Shown piece by piece: positions 40,450 to 49,420 of a DNA stretch of 64,000 nt. The stretch's first letter is position 1, and each line of letters starts with the position of its first letter. The notes under the pieces are model-generated. The model was not told the origin of the DNA and did not search any database. It saw only the letters and a list, made by a program, of their open reading frames with translations. The DNA comes from an uncultured Nitrososphaerota archaeon (GTDB lineage Archaea > Thermoproteota > Nitrososphaeria > Nitrososphaerales > Gagatemarchaeaceae), in NCBI GenBank assembly GCA_963718895.1, contig CAVRAG010000008.1:1120001-1184000 (forward strand), in the 5' to 3' direction. A program made the translations under genes and the position numbers.

Positions 40450-40701
40450 CGCTCGTTTGGAGCGACTCTTGCCCAAGATCTGGTTAGGAATTACTTCTTG
40501 CCGATGGGCATCTATTCAGGTTGGTATCGTTCTAAGGTGGTCAAGACGCCGCCGGGAAACAAGCTAATCCTTCAGCATGACTACGGCCCGAAGTGGACAG
40601 TTTTTCCGAAGGAGTATTACACCGAGGTTATCAAGTCGCTTGGTCAAGACGAAGTGAGCATTGTCGCTCACGACGGGCTCCTTGAGTTCGACTATCGATA
40701 G
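40450..40701 (+). pseudogene. C-terminal fragment of the RHH-family regulator
   Basis: MGIYSGWY...LQHDYGPKWTVF aligns with MGAYSRWY...LHGYGQNWSAF of 21445..21999. Confidence 0.65.
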
Positions 40702-41029
40702 TGAGGCATCATTAGACGGCCACCTTCGAACCGACCCAAGTCGTCGAGTGACCGGACTGCCGATGTCCCAGAGTTCTCAGCGTGTCACATATCTCGGGTG
40801 ATTTGAACACACAATCTTCGGCTCACCCGGCACACTCCTCCGCCCTCTCGCTCGAGAGACCTTATCCCACTTTTCTAAGGTTTTCTGATAAGGTATGTCG
40901 GTCATTGCAACTTTTGTACGGCTAATCGGCACTTATGCTTCTCTGATTGGGTAGAGGCGCCACCGGGGGGGGAATTTGCTAATCTGGCTCCGCTTTCAGT
41001 TCCCGCTAACGTGCTTGTTCTTGAACCAC

Positions 41030-41395
41030 TCAGAGAGTCTGATATCGAGATCTCCATTGAACGGGTCTCCACTAACTCGACGGTCGAGAGCGAGGAGGAG
41101 AGAGTGACCGTCGAGTTACCCACAGTCTCCACCATGGTGAAGTTATCGTGATAGTCACCGAGTACGTTCCGGAGACGTTCCCCACGACCTGGAGCAGCCA
41201 GCCTCCCTGCGCGACCAGGACGGCGCCGTCGTACGACCGGGAGTACGAGTATGAAGTCGTATTGGGCCCGAGCAAGACTGAGGGAGTCACCGCGAACTCA
41301 TTGCCGAGGTAGAGAGAGTCGTCCGGATTGGAAGGTATATAGCCAATCGACGAAGAGATTTAGTTCGCGTATGCGTCATATGGGTCCTTGAATGG
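41030..41395 (-). pseudogene. Degenerate duplicate of part of the 61763..64000 surface-protein gene
   Basis: TPSVLLGPNTTSYSYSRSYDGAVLVAQGGWLLQVVGNVSGTYSVTIT / MVETVGNSTVTLSSSLS nearly matches ~63610-63960. Confidence 0.85.
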
Positions 41396-41645
41396 GGAAA
41401 ACGACGCTGAAACGAAAATCAGCGGTAATACTGTGGCCCGCTGCGAATATTGCAAATCGCACTGCTTTTTCACGGACGCAGGCGACATTAAGGCTCAAGC
41501 ATAGGAAGGGATTGTTGAATTGGTTGAAATCGAATACTCGTTAAACATCGTCGCAGTAAGGCCTCAAATGTGAGAATCTTACTCATCTCTACCTCTCTGC
41601 TACAAACGTGGAAAAAGGGAAAAGTCGATCCAGTTCTTCTCATGA

Positions 41646-42173
41646 CTAGGAGAAATCAATCCTTATGAATTGATCTTCGACTTCTATATTGATTTTGTTT
41701 TTCGAGCTTGCTCCATAGGCGCTGACTATGTATGACTTGAGGAATCTCGACCACCTGACGCCATAGGGATGGCGTAACATTAATGCCCGATTACCTGCGA
41801 CCATGCCACCCTCATGATAGAACCAATGAGAATGATTCGCCAGAATTTCTGTAACGAATTCCCTAAAAGTGAGTGACCTGCCGTCAGAATCGTATAGCTC
41901 GTGAACTAGTCGAAAATTCTTTTGAGCAACATCAGATGCACCCGTCTCCAACGAATCGAGGTTGGTGGCATTTAGGATCGTCTGGAAGGTGTTCGAACTC
42001 ATCGTAATTTCTTGAAATGCCGGGAAAAGTGGGTCAATGGCCAATCTTTCTGCCAGCACGCGGCTCACGAACGCATTTTAGCTCATTTGCGCGCGTTTTG
42101 TTGCTCGATCAAGCAATTCGAGTAGCGCGGTATCGAGCCGAAATGTCTTGGTTCGAGACTTTGGTTCTTGCAT
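41646..42173 (-). pseudogene. RHH-family regulator with in-frame stop
   Basis: MQEPKSRTKTFRLD...KRAQMS*NAFVSRVLAERLAIDPLFPAFQE; TAA at 42078-42080 where the 14943 paralogue has Glu. Confidence 0.8.
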
Positions 42174-42179
42174 AGACAA

Positions 42180-42644
42180 TCACGATTGGACAGTGATAGT
42201 GGTATTAGCAGAAATCAGTTGTCCGTTGCTAAGCGTAATCGTTACAACGATGAAGTAACTTGCTCCAGAGCTTAGCCCGGAGCCAAAGTCATGCATCCCA
42301 ATTGCGGAATCCCCAATGGCTAACGGGTTTGATTGGCTGACGGCCATGCCATTGTAGCTGAAGATGATGTTGTGGGCGGCACCTGCCATGGATGGATTGG
42401 TACTTGATACATCGATACGGGTAAACGGATAGTTCGCTCCATTAGAGACAGTCAGATTCAGGACACCTGCACCCGATTCGGAATTTGCCGTGATGGTTCC
42501 CTTCAAGCTCGCGAGAGGCCCTCCGGGCGCAACATTGACCAGATCAGTAGGCGGGAAGAAAGTCAGACCGACCACGACCATGGCGATTGCTAGTGCGAGC
42601 GCGATACCGACTGTTGAAAACGTTCGCTTGCTCTTCAGCGTCAT
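42180..42644 (-). CDS. Membrane-anchored/secreted Ig-like protein
   Basis: N-terminal TM followed by a beta-rich domain. Confidence 0.65.
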   Translation of the reverse strand: MTLKSKRTFSTVGIALALAIAMVVVGLTFFPPTDLVNVAPGGPLASLKGTITANSESGAGVLNLTVSNGANYPFTRIDVSSTNPSMAGAAHNIIFSYNGMAVSQSNPLAIGDSAIGMHDFGSGLSSGASYFIVVTITLSNGQLISANTTITVQS

Positions 42645-42769
42645 AACCCCCCCAAGGCCGAGATGACTAAATACATCTACGCCGTCGAATAGCCTGTATG
42701 TTGCTTACAAAGCCTTTGAAGGATATTCTAAGGCTTAGAAATAAATCTGAAGATGGTGAATCATGATTA

Positions 42770-43195
42770 ATGACGGAGCGCTCTACGGAGGAGCCGAGAG
42801 GGACAACGCTGAAGGTCTACCGGTACATCGTAGCCAGCAGAAAAGCCGTCAGAATCTCCGATATTCAAGCCGACTTGCGACTTAGTTCACCATCGTTGGC
42901 TCACTACCATGTGAAGAAGTTGCTCGAACTCGGAATGGTTCGCGAGGAGGGATCGGGTTACACTGTCGACAAACTTATCATTCAGAACTTCTTCTTAATT
43001 AGAGGATTATTGGTTCCTTTTCAAGCGGCTTATACCTCATTTTTTTGTGCGACTCTAATCTCAATGATTACAATTCTGGTTACGGTTAACCATTCAATCA
43101 TAACTTCCTTTGTTTTTGTCGCGTTGGGCGCAAACGTAGCAGCTCTGTTCGTCTCCGCATATGAATTACGGAGAACTCTACGCGGAATCCCCTAG
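42770..43195 (+). CDS. HTH regulator with two C-terminal TM helices
   Basis: RGTTLKVYRYI...LSSPSLAHYHVKKL; paralogue at 57696..58121. Confidence 0.8.
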   Translation: MTERSTEEPRGTTLKVYRYIVASRKAVRISDIQADLRLSSPSLAHYHVKKLLELGMVREEGSGYTVDKLIIQNFFLIRGLLVPFQAAYTSFFCATLISMITILVTVNHSIITSFVFVALGANVAALFVSAYELRRTLRGIP

Positions 43196-43230
43196 CACGA
43201 ATCTGAATCGCGTCGGCGGAAAGCATCGTT

Positions 43231-44478
43231 CTACGCATTGGTACTGCTGTACCAAGTCGCAGTGAACGTGTTGGAGCTACTTACCGCTCCTTCATTCACA
43301 TTGATCGTCCCGGTTCCTGGAGGACAACCGGAAGTGGGATTGCACATGACGTTGGGCCAGTACCACCCATTACTATATGGGGTGTATATTCCTGGAAACG
43401 GAGTCGAACAGCTACTTCCTGTAGTGTAGCATATGTACGCGCTTGAGAACGCAACTGTGCTGAACTCAGGCAGGTGAGTGTAGCTGCCGCTTCGTGACGC
43501 TCTCTCGACAATCCATTGGCCGAACTGAGGCCCAGGGGAGAAAGACGAATAGGTTTGAGTTACTCCATTTCCTCCTGAGCCGCATCCGGTGGCGTTTGTT
43601 GTATCGATTGCATTAGCGAACCAGCTTGTATTTGACCCGCCATTGTAAGCGGCGCTATCTACGGCACCATCAATGGTATCGCCTGAGCTAACCGTTGCGC
43701 ACTGCGTCAGGGTGCTCGAACCACTCGTGTCGAATTCATACCAGGTGAAGTAACTACTGCCGGTAGATCCACCCGATGGACAACTGCTAGCAGTGCAGTA
43801 GATCTGAGACATTGAGCCTGCTTGAACAATGTGATTGTCTCCTCCAGACAGAGCATCTGTGATTCCTGGCCAGACCGCCAAGTCACAGTAAGTGTTGTGG
43901 CATTCATTATTGGAGGCTTCAGTTACCGCTGGAACGCTCCAAGTGGCATCGGCGACATACACGGCTGGAAAGCTCATGGAACCTGGAGCAGCTCCAGCCA
44001 TAGTGTAGCCTGCCCAGTTCGCGAGATATTGCGTCGAACCGCTTGCGCCTAAGCTGGGTTGCGTCGCCACCCCGAGAACTTGGGTTAGAGTCGGATTCTC
44101 CTTCAGCACGAGATTGCCTGCGGTACCATTGGGAAATGTGATGACATAGACTACATTCACCGATGTAACGTTGACGCTCAGGGCTCTGTTGAATACAAAT
44201 GTTTCAAATACGCTGTTGAACATCAGCCTCGAAGTCAAGCTATACGCTTGAAAGGATGAAGTTGCGGATGCCAATGACGTTGCGGCAAGTTGGTCCACAC
44301 CGCTCTCGATCTTGTTCATCGTAGCCAAGATGCTTTGCACGTCGGCGTGGCTATAGCCATTTGGGTCAACCGAGGTCTGGGCGCTGACAATAGCAATTGG
44401 AGAGACGGTTGCCGTTACCGAGACCCCAAGAATGACTAGAAGAAACACTGAACGAATTGCATGCATAAGACCAGCCAT
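43231..44478 (-). CDS. G1 family (eqolisin) glutamic endopeptidase, secreted
   Basis: Signal and pro-region, NWAGY, WSVP, VWPGI, catalytic IVQAG, WYE and catalytic WIVER. Confidence 0.8.
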   Translation of the reverse strand: MAGLMHAIRSVFLLVILGVSVTATVSPIAIVSAQTSVDPNGYSHADVQSILATMNKIESGVDQLAATSLASATSSFQAYSLTSRLMFNSVFETFVFNRALSVNVTSVNVVYVITFPNGTAGNLVLKENPTLTQVLGVATQPSLGASGSTQYLANWAGYTMAGAAPGSMSFPAVYVADATWSVPAVTEASNNECHNTYCDLAVWPGITDALSGGDNHIVQAGSMSQIYCTASSCPSGGSTGSSYFTWYEFDTSGSSTLTQCATVSSGDTIDGAVDSAAYNGGSNTSWFANAIDTTNATGCGSGGNGVTQTYSSFSPGPQFGQWIVERASRSGSYTHLPEFSTVAFSSAYICYTTGSSCSTPFPGIYTPYSNGWYWPNVMCNPTSGCPPGTGTINVNEGAVSSSNTFTATWYSSTNA

Positions 44479-44654
44479 GTGTCGTAGTTATTCATTGGAG
44501 CATATATGCCTAAGTCTGACAATGTATGACATGTGCTGATGACAGGCAACCAATCAGTGGCAGATTTTCAAATCATCTCATGAGTCGTCCAGAAGGTCGA
44601 GAAATCATTCAAAAAAAACACATCATGGGATATGAATCATATCCGCATTTGGCT

Positions 44655-45518
44655 TCAGGTGGCTGTATGGATGAGGTTTAGGACCTTCTTTGTTCTGTCT
44701 AGGACGCGCATGCACATCCTGCCGACTTGCTGAGGGCTGTTCGAGGCTGCGTAGGCGGCTATGTAGTTCCAGCTGAAGTTGTCCGCTGGTCTCCCGTAGA
44801 GCCTGGCGAGGGTCGCTGCGACTAGCTGGGCGATGGTCTCGGCTTCGGGTTCCTGTCCGTGGTCTGTCTTTGGCTCGAACGACCGATGGATGGCGTGGGC
44901 AAGCTCATGAAAGAAGACATCGTGGTCTTCCGTTGCCAGAAGGATCGTCTTGCTTACGTGGTCTGTGGCGCCGTAGATTCCTGGGGCCAGTCGCTCGTAC
45001 CGGACTTTCATGCCGAACCTCTCGGCAACCTCCATGAGGGGAGGCGGGCTTCTTGGCTGGAAGATGGGGAGCGGCGGTCCCTGCGTGTCCTCGAAGCGAA
45101 AGACTGGGACGGGCATGAACCCCACGAGGACGTCCGCGAACTCCTCACGTTCCCCTTCATGCTCGTCCGAGGCCTTCCGCTTGACCCTCTTCATGACTGG
45201 TCCTAGTATGTAGAGCGCTTTGGCGCCCTTGCTGACCGAGCGTCCCGCTTCCTGCCACTGCCTGAAACCCCTGGCATCCGCCGTTCCAGCCAGTAGCATC
45301 AGGAGCTGATTTCCGAAGGACCACTTCGAGGAAGGTCTTGCAGAGCTGTTGATCAGAGCTTTTGCGCACAGGTCCGGGAGTTGCTTCGACGAGAAGAGCT
45401 GGACTATCTTCTCGAGTTCCGAGTTTGCTCGTTCTCTCCAAGGTGTTTGGACTGGTGCAGCTGGTGTCTCTTGCGTGCATGGCTCGACAGCTTGCGCTGC
45501 CTGTCCGTTGGCTGACAC
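44655..45518 (-). CDS. ardC: ArdC-like ssDNA-binding antirestriction protein
   Basis: WSFGNQLL...GFRQWQEAGRSVSKGAKALYIL...PVFRFEDTQG (ArdC N-domain) plus HELAH...EAE zincin domain. Confidence 0.8.
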   Translation of the reverse strand: MSANGQAAQAVEPCTQETPAAPVQTPWRERANSELEKIVQLFSSKQLPDLCAKALINSSARPSSKWSFGNQLLMLLAGTADARGFRQWQEAGRSVSKGAKALYILGPVMKRVKRKASDEHEGEREEFADVLVGFMPVPVFRFEDTQGPPLPIFQPRSPPPLMEVAERFGMKVRYERLAPGIYGATDHVSKTILLATEDHDVFFHELAHAIHRSFEPKTDHGQEPEAETIAQLVAATLARLYGRPADNFSWNYIAAYAASNSPQQVGRMCMRVLDRTKKVLNLIHTAT

Positions 45519-45536
45519 GAAAGCGCCCGCCCGCCC

Positions 45537-46034
45537 CTACTGCTGTGTTCCGTCGGCGGGGAACCTCTTCAGGAACTTGTCCTTGATCCTGTACCCGTGG
45601 TCGCCAACGACTATCTCCTCGCCGGCCTTGAGTCTGTCAATGAATCCGCCGGCACCCTTCAGCTCGGGAAGGAGAGCCCCTTCGCGGTCCATGTAGAAGG
45701 TCCACTCGCCTCCTCCGTTGGCGTACTCCTTCCACGGGCGCTTGTCGAGCAGGGCAGCGTCCACTGTTGACGGTGCTGGTTGGTTGCTGGAAGGGCTGTT
45801 CTTCTCGGGTGTAGGATGGCTTTCGCCGTTGAACCTCTGCCTGCCGAGGACGTAGACGATGTTGCTGAACTGCCTGTCGGTGTCGTTGGTGTACTTCTCG
45901 AGCACCTTTACGAGGATGAAGCCCTGCTTAAGCAGGTCGTTCGCCGCTTCCGGCGTGGGTGCCTCCCTGATCTCCGTGATTCGCGAGTATGGTGTTTCCA
46001 TTCTTCTTCGCCTCCCTGCACTCTTGTCAGACAT
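45537..46034 (-). CDS. Hypothetical protein in the TFB-ArdC operon
   Basis: Start overlaps the TFB stop; ends 18 bp before ardC. Confidence 0.65.
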   Translation of the reverse strand: MSDKSAGRRRRMETPYSRITEIREAPTPEAANDLLKQGFILVKVLEKYTNDTDRQFSNIVYVLGRQRFNGESHPTPEKNSPSSNQPAPSTVDAALLDKRPWKEYANGGGEWTFYMDREGALLPELKGAGGFIDRLKAGEEIVVGDHGYRIKDKFLKRFPADGTQQ

Positions 46035-47004
46035 GCCCTCCTTGGGCCGGCCCGCATTTAACGGGCCGAACCTGCGGTCCTCCTGGAGTCACGAACTCCT
46101 CGTTCAGCCTCCGGCTGCAGTACTCCCTGACGGTATACTCGCGTATCCCGAGTGTTTCCGCCGCCTCTCTCTGCGTGAAGGTCTTGGGGCGCATCGCCAA
46201 GGACGCCAGGTAGACAGATCCTGCTGCGACGGTCCTTGGGTTGAAGCCGTTCGGCTCCGCTGCGGAAGACGCGAGCTCCTTCGAGCGCTCGAAGAGGGTC
46301 GTGAAGTACTGCTTCGGGTCTGCTTCGGACTTCCTCAGCCGCTCGGCAACCCTCTCGCTGGATTGCAACCTGCCGATGGCGGCCCTCACGAAGTCGTCCT
46401 TGCTGGGATGGGGGAGATGCATCCCGGACTCGAGGCCTAACTTCAGCAGGTCAGACTTGCGGACCCTGTAGCCCGCGTCGGTGTAGGCCTTCAGGACCTC
46501 CCTGTGGCTGATGTGCACGATGGCAGCCGACCTGCAGGCGAAGAGGAGCGAGTACGCCGATATCGAAGGGATCGTGGCTTTGTAGGACTCCCTTTGGGTG
46601 AGGAGCCTCCTCGCCGTGATGTCGGCAGCCTGCGCGATTCTCTTGGGGAGGGACAGCCTCTCGGCTATCCTGTTCGTCAGCATCGAGCACGTCGGCATCG
46701 GTCCGCCTCGCCCGACGATGTTCGGCATCAGCTTCGCCCACCCGAAGGCGGGGCCCTTCAGGGAGGAGGCGCTCTCCGTGTCCGCGACTATGTACGAGCC
46801 AAGGGGCTCGCTCTTGCTCACGGATGGCGCCGTCGACCCGTCCTCCCGCGTGTAGTCCGCCCTGCTCACGACGATCCCGCAGAAGGAGCACGTGAGCTCC
46901 GTCCGTTCCTCTCCCGCGTAGACGAGGCCTTCCCTGCACTCAGGGCACCTGCCCAGGATGCTGTACTCCTCGTTCGCGGCCAGCTTCGTCCGTCCACTCT
47001 TCAT
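46027..47004 (-). CDS. Transcription initiation factor IIB (TFB) homologue, element-encoded
   Basis: CPEC...CSFCG Zn ribbon, PLGS, two cyclin folds, PRTVAAGSVYLA...TQREAAETLGIREYTVRE. ATG at 47004. Confidence 0.8.
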   Translation of the reverse strand: MKSGRTKLAANEEYSILGRCPECREGLVYAGEERTELTCSFCGIVVSRADYTREDGSTAPSVSKSEPLGSYIVADTESASSLKGPAFGWAKLMPNIVGRGGPMPTCSMLTNRIAERLSLPKRIAQAADITARRLLTQRESYKATIPSISAYSLLFACRSAAIVHISHREVLKAYTDAGYRVRKSDLLKLGLESGMHLPHPSKDDFVRAAIGRLQSSERVAERLRKSEADPKQYFTTLFERSKELASSAAEPNGFNPRTVAAGSVYLASLAMRPKTFTQREAAETLGIREYTVREYCSRRLNEEFVTPGGPQVRPVKCGPAQGGHV

Positions 47005-47051
47005 GAATTCCTTGAACCCCTTGCATGTTTTTCGGTCTCCTGCCTTTCGTC

Positions 47052-47550
47052 CTGGAATGCTCCCGGTGGTTCTACGACCGGCGTAAGCGCTCCAGCTTCT
47101 CGTGCTCGATGCCGCGGATGATTTCAGGAAGAGATGGCGAAAAGCAGAGGCTTCACTTGGTCCCCGTCCGGGATCGCATGGGCGCATAATAATTGGCCCG
47201 ACGTGGTCTGTCTAGCCGGTCCTCAAGTCGCAGCTTCGTCTCTGCCCAGTGGTTGGGTAGAAACTATTGGATAATGGCTGCGGCCCGGACCGGTCAAGGA
47301 ACGGGGGTGAAGCTTCCGCTTCCGACACTCTCCTGAAGGCCGATGGAGGAGAAGTTGTTTCGCATCCTTCTGGGTGGACTGATGGCAACTGTATGCCCAG
47401 AGGATGGCCGTTGGACCCGGATACTTCCGTCCGGATGGGAAACGGTCAACCAAAGACTGCGCTCATCGTCATATCGAAGAATCGGATGAGGCGTCACGGG
47501 TATCCAGTTTTCTCTCCCTTACGGCTTGCGAACAATGGTGTTCGATGGCA
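47052..47550 (+). other. Extensively folding non-coding region (ssDNA promoter/origin or structured RNA)
   Basis: Nested stems from 47123 to 47337 plus four flanking hairpins; nearly all non-Watson-Crick pairs are G-T on the + strand. Confidence 0.6.
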
Positions 47551-47646
47551 CACGCTAGTGTCGAAACTTCAGATGCATGCCGAAATCAGAGAGAAAGATA
47601 GAATACGACGTCTGAGGCTCTGTCAGTATTTAACACGGGCCGGGGC

Positions 47647-47785
47647 ATGTTGACATCCGGGAATGGACGTTGACATCCAAGGACGGCAAAATGTCAACAT
47701 CTCGAGCCGATTTGACAACGTCAGACTGTCCAATGTCAACACGGAGGATGGCATGTCAACATGAGATTGCCAAAGATGTCAACAT
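47647..47785. repeat. Array of 7 near-palindromic ATGT(C/T)(A/G)ACAT boxes
   Basis: Starts at 47647, 47667, 47691, 47710 (degenerate), 47733, 47753 and 47776; spacing 19-24 bp. Confidence 0.85.
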
Positions 47786-47822
47786 TGACCGTCCTTAAGA
47801 GTCCGAGACCTCGTATCAACGG

Positions 47823-48305
47823 ATGAATCCCGCGGAGGCGGTCTTTCTGTACCTGCCGATCCCATACTGGGCTGCGTTTCTATTGCTGCTTTACAGGCAC
47901 GGCCTGTCAAGGCTGACGCATCCGGTGAGGGATAACGGCAGCCTGAGGAACTGGTGGGCCATCCTGAGCTACCTGGGGCTCCTCGACGCAGGGACGCGCA
48001 GGCCGAGCAGGAAGAAGGAAATCCTCCCCTACCTTTTCTATCTCTCGATTTCGGCAGCTGCGAGCCTGTCGTGGACCTACAGGGTATTCCCGCTCATCTG
48101 GTATTACTTAATCATCGTCCAAGGAATCTCCGGCATCGTCCTGACGGCCGCGACCATGCAGTACCTTGGTTCTCCTCCCAGAAGGCGATACGTCGATGTG
48201 CTCAGGTATCCGCGGCTGGGATCGAGGTTGAGGCACCTTGGTAGAATCCCAGAGGACAGGCCCGAGGTTGAGCCGACCGATGAATCTCAGGAGGGTGCGA
48301 AATGA
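47823..48305 (+). CDS. Membrane protein, first gene of the rightward transfer-region operon
   Basis: Three TM helices; 4-bp overlap with the next gene. Confidence 0.6.
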   Translation: MNPAEAVFLYLPIPYWAAFLLLLYRHGLSRLTHPVRDNGSLRNWWAILSYLGLLDAGTRRPSRKKEILPYLFYLSISAAASLSWTYRVFPLIWYYLIIVQGISGIVLTAATMQYLGSPPRRRYVDVLRYPRLGSRLRHLGRIPEDRPEVEPTDESQEGAK

Positions 48306-49420
48306 CCTCAAATCAGGGCCAAAAGGAGAAGGACGCCAAGAAACGGGTCCGCTTCTTCAACGTCTCCCTGAGGAACGGGATCGTCATGTCAACCCCGGCG
48401 TACGAGGAGAGGCAGACCTTTGTCGCGCACCTCATCCGCGCCCTTGAGACGTCGAACCCAGACTTCGCCTGGGTCCAGTTCCTGTTCTTGAGGTCCGACT
48501 ACGGCGCCGATCTGATCCGGCTCAAGAACTCGATTCACAGGGCCAAGGTCGCGATAGAGCAGCCCTCCCTGGACCTCATCAGCGGAGAGGAGCAGGACAG
48601 GAAGCAGCTCTACAGGGACTACTACAGGCGGGCGGATTCGAGGATGAAAAAAGTGGATGAAATCGTCACGAAGCCTACGATTACGATGGCTATCCAGGGG
48701 ATGTGGGTGAGCGACGAGCCGGACTCGGTCTACACCCTCCCGTTCGACCACTGCAACGATGAGCATGACAGCCTGGCGCTATTCCGCTACCGAGACCCTA
48801 GGATGCTCCTCGAGCTCGTCGACCGGAGGATGGTCGTCAACATTTCGGAATACCTTGACCGATACACCAAATCGAGGCTCGAACCCCCTTCGTTCCTCGT
48901 CACGCCGGAGGAGCTGCAGTCGTACGTCCACCTGCCCGCGGGCGAGACAGCGGCTTCCCTCCGCTCGCTGGAAGGCGGGACCTCAACCCGGGCGTTCATC
49001 CTGGCGAACCTCGCGGGTGGTGAGGCGGATTCCAGCCTCCACGAAGTCTGCTCGAGGCTCGTGAGGCTGGCCGCGGTGCCGAAGATGGAGAAGGCGCTCG
49101 AAGACATCTCGGTCCAGCCTCTCGCCCATCTCGCATCGTCGACGGTGAGGACGTTCGAACTGGTCTACTCGGGTGGGAAGACCGACATTCTCCTCTCCGC
49201 CGAGACGGTCGAGGACATGAGGAAGTACACAGGGCTACTCGGCCTCGTCTATGGTGGCCTGAAGTTCGAGAGGGCCGAGCCCCTGCCCGCATTCATGAGG
49301 GAGCTGCCCGTAGTCATGGGCCTCCTCTCGGCAGACCTAGAAAAGGAGCGGGCCGCAGCCAACACCGAAACTCCGGTCATAGGAATAGACCCCGATCCAC
49401 TGTCCGGGCCCAGCTCCTAG
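48302..49420 (+). CDS. Hypothetical conjugation-region protein (natural stop probably 49340)
   Basis: 372-aa ORF; WVQFLF and FLVTPEELQSYVHLP resemble segments N-terminal to VirD4-like ATPases (inference). The tail overlaps a convergent gene. Confidence 0.6.
   Translation: MTSNQGQKEKDAKKRVRFFNVSLRNGIVMSTPAYEERQTFVAHLIRALETSNPDFAWVQFLFLRSDYGADLIRLKNSIHRAKVAIEQPSLDLISGEEQDRKQLYRDYYRRADSRMKKVDEIVTKPTITMAIQGMWVSDEPDSVYTLPFDHCNDEHDSLALFRYRDPRMLLELVDRRMVVNISEYLDRYTKSRLEPPSFLVTPEELQSYVHLPAGETAASLRSLEGGTSTRAFILANLAGGEADSSLHEVCSRLVRLAAVPKMEKALEDISVQPLAHLASSTVRTFELVYSGGKTDILLSAETVEDMRKYTGLLGLVYGGLKFERAEPLPAFMRELPVVMGLLSADLEKERAAANTETPVIGIDPDPLSGPSS

Noticed and set aside
12000-44500. Integrase or transposase
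   Set aside because: No tyrosine/serine recombinase or DDE motifs were recognised in any ORF.
47005-47187. N-terminal extension of TFB given in the ORF track
   Set aside because: Lies inside the folded non-coding region; the ATG at 47004 places the Zn ribbon at the normal N-terminal position.
47052-47550. RNase P, SRP, or group I/II intron identity for the folded region
   Set aside because: The conserved core motifs of those RNAs were not found by eye; kept as an unclassified structure.
47647-47785. CRISPR array
   Set aside because: Repeats are 10 bp with 9-14 bp gaps in mixed orientation, and there are no cas genes. No CRISPR array was seen anywhere in the window.
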